A stretch of 63,907 bases of DNA, filler included, from Octopus bimaculoides (lineage: Eukaryota): assembly GCF_001194135.2 (NCBI RefSeq). It is 5 parts of 4 records of this genome, joined end to end, with 100 filler letters (N's around TTAATTAATTAA, not from the genome) between each part and the next. Parts side by side here need not be neighbours in the genome. Positions count along the whole stretch, not along the records: positions 27,134 to 55,142 come from NC_068981.1; positions 55,243 to 63,907 come from NC_069004.1; 3 more parts are not named here. One strand, written 5' to 3'. Position numbers and translations under genes: made by a program. A model generated the notes under the pieces. The model saw only the letters and a list, made by a program, of their open reading frames with translations. It was not told where the DNA came from and ran no database searches. Positions 45,431-59,238 of the stretch are shown in pieces (within the stretch, counting starts at the first letter, position 1; each line of letters begins with the position of its first letter).

Positions 45431-45790
45431 TTTCTTAACATTTTCTTTGAGAGCCTCTCACAGTTGCCACAAGGTTTGAGTTTTCTTATTACAGCTTAAG
45501 AAAGAAATTTCCATTAATTAATATTTTTTAAATATGTGGTGATCTATGGAATTTAAGAATTCAGTAGACCTCCTATTCACTAACATTTATGGTGGCTGAT
45601 TTTGAATTTTCTTACTTCGGAATAGAACTTCATTTTCTTTGTAATAATGAATTCTTAATCTTCCATCCCTTAAATGTCGACTTTAAATTTCATTTCACGA
45701 GAGGGCTAGTAAGACACGTGAGATACTGTATGAGATCTTCGTTGACTTTATATTCACTGCATTAAAGTCCTCATCCCCAAATAAAGGAAT
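45431..45790 (-). mobile_element. Possible ancient L1/Tx1-like ORF2 fossil (endonuclease region)
   Basis: Ordered remnants GDEDFNAV (GGDFN), VDI*, DH, WKF and L*EALKENVKK (LWEALK) across frames. Confidence 0.4.
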
Positions 45791-47512
45791 TAGTTATAAG
45801 GCTACTGAACTAAAATTTTCAAGGATATCACCAGAGTCGTCCTTCTTCAAAGGCCCCCAATAAACTGAATTTCAGACCATTATTTATTAATGCATTTCTT
45901 ACACTTCTGATTAGTTCCATGTCTTTATTCTCTGGCTTTTAAATATATAGATTCCAAGTTTATTTACAATTTATTGTTATTCGTAATTTCTTGTGCAATC
46001 TTCTTTATATCTCTTGTGAGTTATCCAACATATTTTCCGTTTCTTAATTTTTGTTATTGTGCTTTTAGTTTTGCTGATTATTTTTTATATTTAGTTTATT
46101 TGTTGTATCTTGTTGATTAACGGTGTAGACTTACGATTAAGTAACTGTAAGATATCAAAATGCCCACATGAAAGGAGAATATATCAGTGTCTTCTTTTCT
46201 ATAGCAGTGTATTTTGCTTTCATGTCGGCATTTTTGACACCTACTGTTACTTAATGGTAGGTTTAGGTACATAAGCTTTTTATGTAAGTAACTGTCCACC
46301 CAGTTCACGTAGAGTCTTTGACATTTATATATCCTACATAATGTTCTTTGGTTTAACTTCTCCGAGATTTACTTTGCTATAATTTATTTCTGGTGACTTG
46401 TGTCTGTGATAACGTCAAGAATGATTTATATATCCAAACGCTAGAATATGTTCAATATTGATTTTAATTCATTCTTTTATGTCTGTACCTGAATATTGGT
46501 CATAAATTTTGTTTTACTTCTCATATACCTATTACGTTTTGTCATCGTTGCCATTAGTTACGTTTTAGCGATTAGTTTCACTTACCCTCAAAACTCGTGG
46601 ACATCATGAAAGATAACGTAAAGTTAAGAACGGCACAGTATTTTTGAAACCCCTCTTTAGCTGTAATTGTAACTGTGCTAATGCATTAATGGTTGTTTTA
46701 GCACGCTCGTGTCATTGTCTTTTGTAAATAATGTTTGTTGAAGCTAATAGTTGCTGACTCAGTTTATCACTTACTTCTAGTCATGCAACCTACCCGAAAA
46801 AGTTACAAGAAGTTTCACCACACAAATTTGTTGCATGAACTGTAAAATCTATTTTTGATTAAATAAAATGCTTCTGTTAATCTGATCTCAGTTTTTCGGG
46901 ATTTTATAAGTGATTTACACGAGATAACCATACAATTATTTGTTACTAGATACATTTAAAAAAAAGTAAATCTTTCAAACACAAATCTATACTGTAACGG
47001 TCGAGTTCCTCAGCAGAGACGTTAAATACGTCAACACTGAACACCTGCTAACCTTTTAGAAACTATGAATGAAACTTCGTCAAGATTTCTGCTTACATCT
47101 CTGAGACAGTTACACTCAGCATACACATGTTATATAACGCATTCAGGGAAGAGTTTTCTCTCACAAATTCAAAACAAAATCGTTAGGGAACAGTCCATTC
47201 TTCAACCACTATGAAGAGATCTTTTTCTTTTTATAAACACTGGTTCGATACTCACCGCTTCGTTAATGATAAAAGAGAAAACTTTAAATTTAAATTGCTC
47301 ATCCATTTAAAATACTATCTTTAATATAGAAAAATATATATTATATCAAGCACTTTTTAATTGGGTAACTTATTGAAATTTAGGTTGTCTTCCTCTACGA
47401 AGGCTTAATAAAATAATCCTTTAATAGTGTTTAACTAAAAGCGTTTACTCATAAATACTACATTTCATTTTCTGCACACTCAGTATATGCATTCTGCAAT
47501 ATTTACATTTAC

Positions 47513-48495
47513 TTAGAAGACTTCTCCAAGAACAAAATTCTTGGTCAGTGTTCTGTGTTCATACTTACGATGTATCTTTCTACCTGAGTGTGGGTAGATA
47601 GCAACATATAATTGACTAGAGTCGGAAGATGCAACCTGCATCACTTTAAACATTGTCATTAACTCTTGTTTAATGACATAAGAGCAGGTTTTATAGGAAG
47701 TTGCAATCTTTTTAGAGCGAATGGTAAATCGGAGTCAGACGGTTGAAGAGAAATTCAGGTAATCATTGGCATCCTTCCAGCATTAATGCCACTAAGTTTG
47801 CTAGTGGTCTGGGAATTGTCAGTAGCATTGAGAACCATGTATCAAGTGCCACTGCAATGGCCATTTCCCTGGTTTAAGTTTCGGAGAAGGATTACTGGAA
47901 CTCTTATCTTAATTTTGATTATGTGGGGAAGTAGGCCATTTATATTTAGTGTATTTGTCGGATAAAGAAATACTTGATTTTCTTCTGCCACCAAGGTTCT
48001 GATTCTTAGCATAATCACACTTAGAAAGTTTATTTATAATTTCATCGTTGGTGATCAATGATATCATTTTTGTTGTTAGAATAACTCTTGGAGACACTTA
48101 TTGTTCATTTTCATAGTGTGTGGCTAGATGGGCTTAAATAAATTGATTTAAAAAGGCATCTGGAAAAGTGTGTCAATATTAACAATATTTGGAATGTTTC
48201 CTTCTCCCAGCTCCAACAACCAGTTTGCACAGTAGTTTAGCTGGCTAAATGCAATAAAATAATTGTTGTCCAAACAATTGAGAACTCTCATATTGTTTAG
48301 ATATGCAAAACTTTGTGCTGACTCCAAATGGAAATCCTTTCCATGCATTAATTATCAAAAATCGCTGACCTCTACAGACTACTGAGAAAATTTGCCGAAA
48401 ATCGCCGTAGTGGACTAATAATTTCTCTCCAAGAAGTTGCACATTGTTAATTTTATCTTTAAACGTGCGATTTAAAGCTTTGAGAAATGCTTCAA
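47513..48495 (-). mobile_element. Helitron PIF1-like helicase fossil
   Basis: KALNRTFKDKINNVQLLGEKLLVHYGDFRQIFSVVCRG, NNMRV...ANWLLELGEG, VILTTK, RLQLPIKPA, QLYVAI and TKNFVLGEVF* occur in the expected order, with many stops and frameshifts. Confidence 0.75.
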
Positions 48496-50355
48496 ACTAT
48501 AATTAACAAATATATGGATAAGAAAGAAGTTTTTGGTTTCATAAACATGACAAAATTATTTTCCCTGTTATTTCATTATTTTTTTTATCAACATATACAA
48601 TTGAATGCAAAGTATTCATAATATGTTAAATAATACTTGCACTTTATATAGTCAAGGTTCTGGCTTCATCAACATATGTCTTTCTGGCAGATTCGAATGA
48701 GTTTTGGCTGCTATTTCAGTTAGTTCGAGTAACCACATAGAAGCTGTCATATTTGTGAATAAGTGTGTCTATATTAGTATTATTTACGACAGACGTTGAA
48801 TGCCAAAGGAATTTTTTGAAATAATAATTTTGTTCAACCAAAATATTATCGTAGTGATTGTTATATTTCGGGACGGTCATTTTGTCAATATACATACGCT
48901 CTATTCATTTGATCTTCACTTTAGCTTTATCAATATTATTAGTTTACTTGCCAGAGTTCTTTTCTCACACGTTCTGTGATCTCTTCAATGACTATCTGTT
49001 TTCGTGTCTCCTCTTTGATTTTGTCCTGTTTATTCTATCTTGTTTAACGTAATATTTCAGGGACATATCTTGAACCAAACTTCCTTATACATAAATAAAG
49101 TAGTAAATGATAAATTTTAATGAATTATTTTCTCTTTAAAATTTCACAATTTTTGTATATTTAAGTAAAAAAAATGTATTTATTACAAACAAAAGAATTT
49201 TCTGTTTTTACTGACTAAAGAGATACGTAAAATTGTTTAACAGCCTAAATAATTAGTAGTTTCAAATGGCAGAAGGAACAGCATTCAATAAATCGAAATA
49301 CGATTGCAGTAGAATTAACTGAAGTCTTTAGTAAATCTGTAGCGGCTTTTATTATCTTTCTCTTTCATTGTCCAGGTTCCCTCGTCTTCACATTTTCCTT
49401 TCGTCATACAGTTTATTTTTCTATTTGAGGGTGAAATATTCCCGGTCATATTCATTGTCGGTAAGACGCGAAGAAAAAATAAACTTGGCCGACAGTAAAA
49501 CGAAATCTTATTTTTCCTTACGTTGCGTACATGAATATTCAATGAATAAATTGAATCTATTCACTGATTTAATTTAATTTATAATGATGACGAATTGGCA
49601 GAGACTTTGGATCGTCGGACAGTATGCCATTTAATATTTGTTCCAATTCTCGGCATTCTGAGGTCAAATTTCACGAGTTCGCTGTTTGTTTTTCATCGGG
49701 CTCGATTAAAAAGTATCAATACAGAGCTGTGGACTGAAAGAACGACAGACCATATATCTCATGGTTTTTGTTTAGACTCTGTTTGCTTTCTGAGTTCAAA
49801 TTCCGGCATGGCCTACTTTGACAGTAGACTTAATTCGTCTCCCCGTCTAACAAAACCATCTGGTACCAAAAATGCCAGGTGGTGGTATTATGGGTATTTC
49901 CAACCCTCTTGACTAAAATATGAACGAATACATTTGGCACTTGTTATAATATAGCACATATAATATGCATTGACTAGTCTATATGGCAACCCCACTAACA
50001 ACCATCTTTTAGGAAGAAAACTTAAAATACATCGAAAAATGCCTTTATGTGTAATACATCATATATTTGGCGATACACAAACAAATATCCACGTGTGCGA
50101 ACGCCTACTACCATACATACCCACACACAAGTTTCTCTTTATTTCTTTCTCTGCATCTTTTCTTCTTCCTAGTTTTCGTATTTATGCATTTTACATAAAC
50201 GCGTTCATATGAAGCAGTAAAACATACATATAAATACACGTGCATGAATACATACACACATACACACACACAGGCACAAATACATATATACAGTCGTAAT
50301 CATATATCTATATGTATGTATATATGTATATATAATGTATATATATGTATATAAG

Positions 50356-50434
<79 letters not shown>

Positions 50435-53400
50435 ATATGTATACGTGTGTGCATAAATGTGTGTATGTATGTTATGTATGTATGTATGTATATATGTTTG
50501 TATATAAACATATAGGTAAAGTGTATATTTATCTATCTCACTATATTTACAGTGAGAGGAACAATTGGAATATTATTTGTTGTAACATCTATTAGTGCTA
50601 AAGTGATGAAAGACCTGATGAGTATAGGTGGCAGTTTCAGCGCAGAACAAATAGTAATAGCTTTAATCAGACGAAACCAATCCGATGGAACTAGAACTAA
50701 TAAGATATTGCAGCTAAATCTTTTGGGAATAAACCTTCTGTTCATTGAAATGTTTTCGTTATTTCAAATTACACGTTGGGAAATTTGTATCCAATGAATA
50801 CATTTGGCCATTCTAAGAAATATTGTGAAGAGCTTCATAGAACAGAGGTAAGCTGTTGCAATAGTTTGGGTTCCTAGTTGAAACAATTACAATATTACGA
50901 GTAAGTTGTGTAAATGGAAAATGCTGTCATTTACTCATTATATTTCGTTTGCCTGTATAAAAGAGCAGACAATAATACGTAATGTGTTCCGTATAATTTG
51001 CAAGTCGACAGCAATAGAAAAAACATAGGTAGATAAAGAATAACAACGGTCTGCGTGTCTGGGATGGAAAGATTTGAAAATGGTTACTGCGAGGAGCGGG
51101 AAGGAATAGTAAGGATGACCTGAGGAGACAAGAGGAGTGTATTTGGTTGGCTTTAACTACTTAACTCGAGGACATTTGTGTGCAGTTGCATCGACATATA
51201 TGTGGGAACAGATGTATAATGGAATAGATTAATTAATCAGAAGTTGGGACTTAAAGGCACCTAATCGTATATTATCGCCAAAGTGACTATAGATTAATTC
51301 TATATCAAAAAGATACTCTGATGAAATCGTAAAACAGTTAAGAGCCGAACTTTTAGTAATAATTATTGTTGTAAACTGTTGAGAGCCAAACATACGCTAG
51401 AAAATCTTTTTATCTGTTTACCTGCATGCTTACGCTCACACGCCCGCACGCACACACGTGCACACCCACTCATGTATAAATATTAGACACACACAGGTTC
51501 AACATAAGTCTTACTTCGTGCAATTGTAAGGCATACTAATGTGAAAATGAAAAAAAAATTTATAATGATTTAGAAAATGTGAAGCTTCGTTATTTCTATA
51601 AATGATAAATATGGAAAAGAGTTTAATAACCCAGAAAATATTACACAGAAATACGTATAATGCCTTTCTATATCAGGAAATAGTAACATTTCTGCTAACT
51701 GTAACGTGACCAATTTCATCGACAAATTTTAAGAGAAGCGAGCGAGGAGCAACAAGTTTTAGACTTAAAGGCACACGCAGCTGTTTAGCGGCCACCAGAC
51801 CGAACGACACAAAAGCATGAAACGATTTCCAATACTGCATTTGCTTTCATCTTTCATTCTATATCTAATTTTATCTCCATGTTATATGAACTAATTCACC
51901 GCTTTCGTATATGGATTGGATAACTTGATAGCATTTATCTCCCGAGATTGTTGTTTTATCTCGATAGAAATCTAGAATTTGTATATCTGAGTTATTTGCA
52001 GCGAATATAGGACAAAGTCATCTATTTTTTATGTACTTTTCTGGAAATAGAATACAAGGTCTTTGGTAAGTGTCCGAAGCTTTTGCTTTGAATTGATTTG
52101 CATGCAATGGTCTGAATACGTGTCGCGATTTGTAAAGGAGAATGCTTGGATTATTGTTATCAAGGATGAAAAGTTTGAGGGTATGCATAGGAGTGTGATG
52201 GTTTTGTGTAATGTCAGGTCACTTGAATGGAGGAAGAGTGGCTTTAAAACTGTGATGATTTTCCCATTTGGAATTTTTAGCAATCACAGCTACAACTTGG
52301 TTCAATGTAGATATCACAGGAGGCACAATTTATTGATGCATTTTACAGCAGACGAGTCGTTCATTATCTTGCAGTGGAGTGTTTAATTCCTCCCACAGTA
52401 AAAAGTTTTGGCTAAAATCCAGGAAACGGTTATATACATGTGCCTAACTGCTATATTTGTTTGCATAATTTGTCTTTGCCACAGTATGGTTACTTTGAAG
52501 CCCATACGTTTGTGATGACGTCTTATAATTGAGTGGACATTTAGTCGTCAAGACTGGAACACGCAGTGACGAAGCTGTTGACTAATCACAATTCACGATA
52601 ACTTCGTGTGCAAAACTCGCTGACTGATATTCTTTGCAACACTTCATTAAGTGGTTTTCAACCAATCACATGTTGCAGGGTCTTTTAGCACCAAACCTAG
52701 AAATCCAATTTTTGAGTCTGAAAACTCTTAGATAGCATAGTTTATTATCCCAGAAAGTAGAGCCCACTTAACAGGCAAACGAATCTTATCACTTTGTCCT
52801 TTTTATGTCCCAGCGTTATTTCTTGATGCTTATCGAACAGACTATGAAATACTTCGTATTTACGAAGAGTTTTTCTTAAGCATTTGGGCTCTACAAAACA
52901 AAGTACATTTCAACAGCTTTAGCTATCATCCCGTCATTTTTTACAACCATACGATGCAAGAGTCGCCTTGATATTTGCCACAACTCAAGATGTATTTGAT
53001 GTGTTGAATGCAAGAACTTTGTAAATTCCAAAGCATGTTTTGCATAAATGAAACGAAATCTATATAGCATGCCACGTGTTATTTGTGCAAAAACTATAAC
53101 AATGCAATTCAATGCTTTAGTCTAATCTCTACAGATGACTGGAGACAATTGTGATAAATTGCAAGAAAATTACAATTAAAAAGATAACATAAGTAAACAC
53201 TTATATAGCGTTTGAAAGCAAAATAATACATGATTGTGTTAGCTTGGATAGATATAATACAAAGAAAAAAAGTGTGCATTTCTTTGCTTTCATACCTCTA
53301 TAAACATACACATATAGAAACATCAACATAATTGTCTATAATCACAAATTCAAAGCATATGTGTCAAACTTCATAAAATAGATTTGTGTTCTTGCATCTT

Positions 53401-53533
53401 CCGAATATCCAGATTTAACATTAAGACTTTCGATTGTACTAAATATTTTAGAGTCAGTTTTTTCTTTGATGTATACTGGTCACATCTGACTATATGATTT
53501 CAGGCCAGAGTGTCGTTATAGAATTATATATAC

Positions 53534-53593
<60 letters not shown>

Positions 53594-53739
53594 CACACAC
53601 GTATATATACATATGTCATATACATATATATGTATATGTATATATAAATGAATGTATATATAAATGAATGTATATATATATATATGTATATNNNNNNNNN
53701 NNNNNNNNNNNNNNNNNNNNNNNNNNNNNNNNNNNNNNN

Positions 53740-54090
53740 ATATATATAGTTCAAAAAAACAATCACAAAAAAACAAAAAAACAACAAAGTGAGGACGTGA
53801 TATGGATAGTATTATTGGACGCTCAGGAAAGGAAAGAGAGAGTGTATGACGTTTCGGGCGTAGCCCTTCGTCGGAAAGATGGAAAGTTCGGAGAATGGAA
53901 GAACGGAGAAAGAGGAAAATGGTACCGATGCCCACGAGGTTACATATATATAAGGTTATATATATAAGGTAGAGCAGAAAGAACACAACAAACGACAACA
54001 ATCAAAGCACAACGAGCGGAAAAAGGGACGATAGCACGATAAAAAGGACAAAACAAGATACACGGATCATTCGTAGCCAATTACTTCTTG
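53740..54090 (-). mobile_element. Penelope-like terminal-repeat element with a hammerhead-like motif
   Basis: The minus strand reads CCGACGA-A-GGGC-TAC-GCCC-GAAACGTC at about 53848-53874. The downstream TTCCTGAGCGT is shared with about 27520-27530. Confidence 0.45.
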
Positions 54091-54097
54091 TCCGTGC

Positions 54098-54959
54098 ATG
54101 TCCGTGCACTGAGTATTCTGTCATCAGGGAAATGGTATGAATATTTTAGACGGAAAATTTAGAGTTTACAAGGAATAAAATTCACAGTTTATAAGGAATA
54201 AAATAGAAGAATAAAGGGTAAAAATAGTTAGAAGAATATAGGCAGGAGAATAATGTTCACAACTCATCTTTTTCCAGAGGATATGGATGTTAGTCGGTAC
54301 TTCCATGAAGGTACAAGTTTTTAGTTAAAATCCCAGGTAAATCCAAGCAATATTTTGGCAGTGTTCTGAATGATGTATTCATTTTGTAATTGTGTATATA
54401 GAGCGAGAATGTATGATGGACATAAATGGGCTTTGTAAGTGGGTGGATGAGAAAGAGAGAGAGAGGAGAAAGAGAGAAAGAGATAGGAGAAAGGATGAGA
54501 AAATAAGATAGTGCTCCTATCTCTATTTCTAATCTTTTCTCCTATCTCACTTTCTCTCTTTCTCCTCTCTCTCTCTCTCTCTCTTTCTCCCTCTCTCATG
54601 CACCCACTTACAAAACCCATTTATGTCATCATACATTCTCGCTCTATATACATATTTTCAATATGGACACATCATTCAGAACACTGCCAAAATATTGCCT
54701 GGATTTACCTGGGATTTTAACTAAAAACCTGTAACTTCATGGAAGTACCGACCAACATCCATATCCTCTGGAAAAAGATAAGTTATGAACATTATTCTCC
54801 TGCCCATATTCTTTTACTCTTTATTCTTCTATTTCACTACTTTATTCTTCTATTTTATTCCTTTTAACTGAGAATTTTATTCCTTGTAAACTCTAAATTT
54901 TTCCCATCTAAAATATTCATATTTTGTCTCTGATGACGGAATACACAGTACACGAACAT
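54098..54959. repeat. About 860-bp palindrome (foldback element), arms of about 400 bp
   Basis: Example pairings: AAATTTAGAGTTTACAAGGAATAAAATT with AATTTTATTCCTTGTAAACTCTAAATTT, and TTTTTCCAGAGGATATGGATGTT with AACATCCATATCCTCTGGAAAAA. The centre lies at about 54505-54530. Confidence 0.92.
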
Positions 54960-55093
54960 ATTAACCAACCAGCTGGGTTATTTCAGAAACAGCTGTAAGA
55001 CTTCAAATTAACCTTACCCTAATTAAATTATTCTAAATGACTTGAGATACTCGTTCTGCCTTGGTTTTGATTTTTTCTCTAATACATACTTAT

Positions 55094-55142
<49 letters not shown>

Positions 55143-55242
55143 NNNNNNNNNNNNNNNNNNNNNNNNNNNNNNNNNNNNNNNNNNNNTTAATTAATTAANN
55201 NNNNNNNNNNNNNNNNNNNNNNNNNNNNNNNNNNNNNNNNNN

Positions 55243-55278
<36 letters not shown>

Positions 55279-55674
55279 TATATATATATATATATCAAGC
55301 TAATCAATCAATATCTCATAGCTAAACTATCCATATCTTCACTTAAATATTTAACACTTTAGCATTTATCTGGTCATATCCAGCTAAAATATTCTACGCA
55401 TTTCATGTTCAAACTGGCCAGATCTGGCCCTCTCACAAACAGTTACCCCATCAAAATCTCATAGCTACAAGATGATACATGAATAATTCAATGCAATGTG
55501 AATAATAAAGCATTAATTTTGGCAGAATAATGTGAATGAGAAAGAATAAATGAGCTTACAAGTAAATAATTATTTGTATATTTTTTGGTAGTGAGCTGCT
55601 GAGTGAGAAGTTAATTCTTAGGAAGCTGATACAGGTTTGATTGCAAATGTCCAATGTCTTTGGTAATTATTGAG

Positions 55675-55945
55675 TATGACCCAACTTTTCATCTGATGTC
55701 ACTTTGTCCAACATCACTTCATCCACGTCTTTTGGTCTGACATCTTTTTGTCCAACGACTTCTTGTCAAATTTTAAATAAGCTCTTTAGAAAACAAGGTG
55801 AACATTAAATCAAATAATTATTGAGAATTTTATTGATAGGATTTGTCGTTGGACAAAAATATCGTGAAACAAAATGACGTCAGACCAAATGACGTGGACA
55901 GAAAGACATTTGATGCAGTAACATTGGACAAAAAGACATAGCACC
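55675..55945. mobile_element. MITE with subrepeat-rich inverted arms, possibly Mutator-type
   Basis: Repeated TTTTGTCCAA / TTGGACAAAA and TTTGGTCTGAC / GTCAGACCAAA. ATTATTGAG is repeated directly at 55666-55674 and 55946-55954. Confidence 0.5.
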
Positions 55946-57139
55946 ATTATTGAGAGGAATTAATTAAATTACTTCCCCCAGCCACCCTACAACTCTCTTC
56001 TTTGCAAACCCTCAAGTGGTTCTCAGCAAAATGTCTTGTAGTATGCCAAAATCTTCAACCATGAACCTTCTAGATATAGGCACCAAATCACATCTCACCA
56101 TCTTAAACACCATCTTAAAGGCATATTAGATAATGTTGTCATAGAAATATTATGGCTGAAAAATCTGATGGGATGGCCAGGGCTTAAATATCTTTGATCA
56201 TAGGCCTGTTTGGTGAGAGCTGACCCAGGGTTAAACAAAGCTCCCGTCCTTCTGTCAAGGGGACAGCATCAAAATAACAATGAGACCTCCCTTAAATTAC
56301 ATTTGATTGTCTTAAAATTGGGAAGGACACATTCTTTAATGTAGTTTTAGACACAAAACAAAACAAAATAACTGAAAATAGATGGAGTAGTCATTGTTGG
56401 AATGACTTTAATATTAGATTTACTGTCTCAGGGCAAAAGAAAGTCTTTAGATAATAAATATTGTTTTTATATACTTTCTTATCTTCCCATGTTGCCAGTT
56501 CTGATTCTGTTTACGTTCCTCTTCTGCTGAATTCTCTAAACATTTCTGTCACCTGTCTCTGCAGACCGCTATATTTTTTGCCATTTCTTGATTTTTCTTC
56601 CAAATTCTCTTGAATTTCCTCTGACACTGGACAGTTGTTGTTTTCTTCTGAGATCAAATTCTTGCCAAGTTAACTCTCTAATCTATCATAGTAGTTGTAA
56701 TAATAATAATAAGCCTTTCTACTATAGGCACAAGGCCTGAAATTCTTGGGGGAATTATAGATTTAGTTTATTGAATTCACAAGACTTTTGGTCCAACATC
56801 AACTGCTGCTTTCTACTATCCTAAATGTTTTATATTTCAGCTTTTTATCTTCAGGATATCATGAGAGTTAATTTGGATGGATTACAATAAAATACTACTG
56901 TTTTAGTTTAGTAATGCTTGCCAGTTTTTACTTAAATCCGATTTGAAACCTTTCTTTTATAACAATCTGCCAGGATCTATAATAGAAAACCCTACTTTAA
57001 AGTGTTCCTATTTAAATTAGATATAAACCTTCTGCTATGTTTTTATACAAAAGAACTTTTATAACAACATATATGCAGACACACAGACTTATTTATATAA
57101 ATGTATATATCTAAGATGTTATTATCAACGACCTGTGTA

Positions 57140-57310
57140 ATGCTTAGCAGCATTTCATCCATCTTTATGTTCTGAGTTCAAATTCCACTGAGGTCAACTT
57201 TGCCTTTCAGGGTTGATAAAATAAGTACCAGTTGAACACTGAGGTCAATGTGATTGACTAGCCCCCCCCCCCTCAAAATTTTAGGCCTTGTCCCTTTAGT
57301 AGAAAGGATT
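57140..57310 (+). mobile_element. SINE family B
   Basis: ATGCTTAGCAGCATTTC...TTCTGAGTTCAAATTCCACTGAGGTCAACTTTGCCTTTC. Confidence 0.75.
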
Positions 57311-59238
57311 ATTAATGACCAGTTTAGTTATTTAACTAAATCCCTTCACATTCTTCGTTATTTTTTAAAATTAATTAAAAATAGAAAACAAATTATTAAC
57401 ACATTTAAGAAATCCTTTCAGCCCCAAGACTTATTTTGCTCTTTTCATTTCCATGAGATGTTATCTTGTGAGACAATAATATGGTGAAATATCAGGTAAA
57501 GAGAAGCTGACAGCCTACATCATCCATAAACAACTAAAGACATCATCTATAATGATACTTTTATGTGGAAAAATATATCATTTATGTATTTATATGGCTG
57601 CATATTCCTTAGACATGTGATCCCTTAATACAGTTCTCAGTAGAATTGGTGTGATTAGAACTGGACCCTTTTGATAGTTAAGAAATCTTCATATATTTCA
57701 GGCACAAAGATGGAGGATGATATATTTTTTAAAAAAATAGAACAAAGAATGGGAGAGGACCAAGGAGGACAAGTTACGAATAAAAAATAAAAGTAATTTC
57801 AAAGATAGGCAGACAATCCTGGAAATGCTGAGATGATTTCCTCTTCATGAGTTTTTGTGCATTAACTAATTCCTCTTCATGAGTTTTTGTGCATTAACTA
57901 ATTCCACTTGTTCACCATCCCTGTTTGATGGAAGTGGTCTGTGCCACAAGGCCTAATAGAATGTGATACAAGTAAGATACTGAGCAACCAAAGGTTTCAT
58001 GCTGCTGCACTTATTCAGACTCAATATTTTCATGTTTTGAGATATTATGATAAAGTATATAAATGAATGCTGCTTCCACTGCCATTAAGGTGAATAACTC
58101 TTAGATGGTAGATGTGAGTTATTTCCTCTTGACTGTCTCAGGTGTGAACTTCAGTGATGTTGGGGAAAAAAATAATTTTTTTAATTAAAAATTAAACAAC
58201 AATTACTTTGCATAGAATTAAGACTGATCCATCAACGATAATGGGTGGGGGCCTATGAGAACAAAATTAGAAAAATGAGAGAACACTTAATATTAAGTAA
58301 TTTCAAATCTGCATTTGTTCTGCAACAGGTGCTTCTAAATGTGTCTGCATTTCCCAAATTTCTCTGATCTTGTATTTGAATAGAAGTTTTGATTATGTAG
58401 GTTTTAAAGATTTTCATTTTTGCTGCAGTGAACAGATCATATCTTTTTTTGTTTATACCATATAGATTATTTGTTGACTTTCCGTTCAGTGCAGTAGTCA
58501 ACTAATTTTGCTGTTCCTATTATTTCTTTATGTCTGAAAGAAAAAAAGGATTGCAAAATTGCTGCTTAAATTTCACTTCCAGCATGCAAATGATTGAAGC
58601 TATAAAAGCATTATATATATATATANNNNNNNNNNNNNNNNNNNNNNNNNNNNNNNNNNNNNNNNNNNNNNNNNNNNNNNNNNNNNNNNNNNNNNNNNNN
58701 NNNNNNNNNNNNNNNNNNNNNNNNNNNNNNNNNNNNNNNNNNNNNNNNNNNNNNNNNNNNNNNNNNNNNNNNNNNNNNNNNNNNNNNNNNNNNNNNNNNN
58801 NNNNNNNNNNNNNNNNNNNNNNNNNNNNNNNNNNNNNNNNNNNNNNNNNNNNNNNNNNNNNNNNNNNNNNNNNNNNNNNNNNNNNNNNNNNNNNNNNNNN
58901 NNNNNNNNNNNNNNNNNNNNNNNNNNNNNNNNNNNNNNNNNNNNNNNNNNNNNNNNNNNNNNNNNNNNNNNNNNNNNNNNNNNNNNNNNNNNNNNNNNNN
59001 NNNNNNNNNNNNNNNNNNNNNNNNNNNNNNNNNNNNNNNNNNNNNNNNNNNNNNNNNNNNNNNNNNNNNNNNNNNNNNNNNNNNNNNNNNNNNNNNNNNT
59101 ATTACTAAACTTGTTGCTTTATCCATGTAAAGGGACACAACACAGCTATATATTCTGCTCTTAACACAGACATGTATATATATTATAATTAGTTTCTGCA
59201 GTTTTACTCTGCAAAATATATTTTATATTGTATTATTA

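Noticed and set aside
46586-46660. 75-nt symmetric minus-strand exon KEGFQKYCAVLNFTLSFMMSTSFE
   Set aside because: The donor is good but the acceptor has no pyrimidine tract, and no homology was recognised.
50552-50797. ORF as a transmembrane terminal exon of the EGF gene
   Set aside because: The hydrophobic stretch is too short, it lies 35 kb away, and nothing links it to the array.
52063-52386. 107-aa ORF
   Set aside because: No recognisable motif and no consistent splice boundaries.
54930-54936. CTGATGA as a hammerhead core (also 6833, 50615, and about 15736 and 51318)
   Set aside because: It is not followed by a stem II hairpin and GAAA.
57838-57903. 32-bp direct duplication (similar short ones near 41730 and 61210)
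   Set aside because: Ordinary slippage duplications with no element or function evident.
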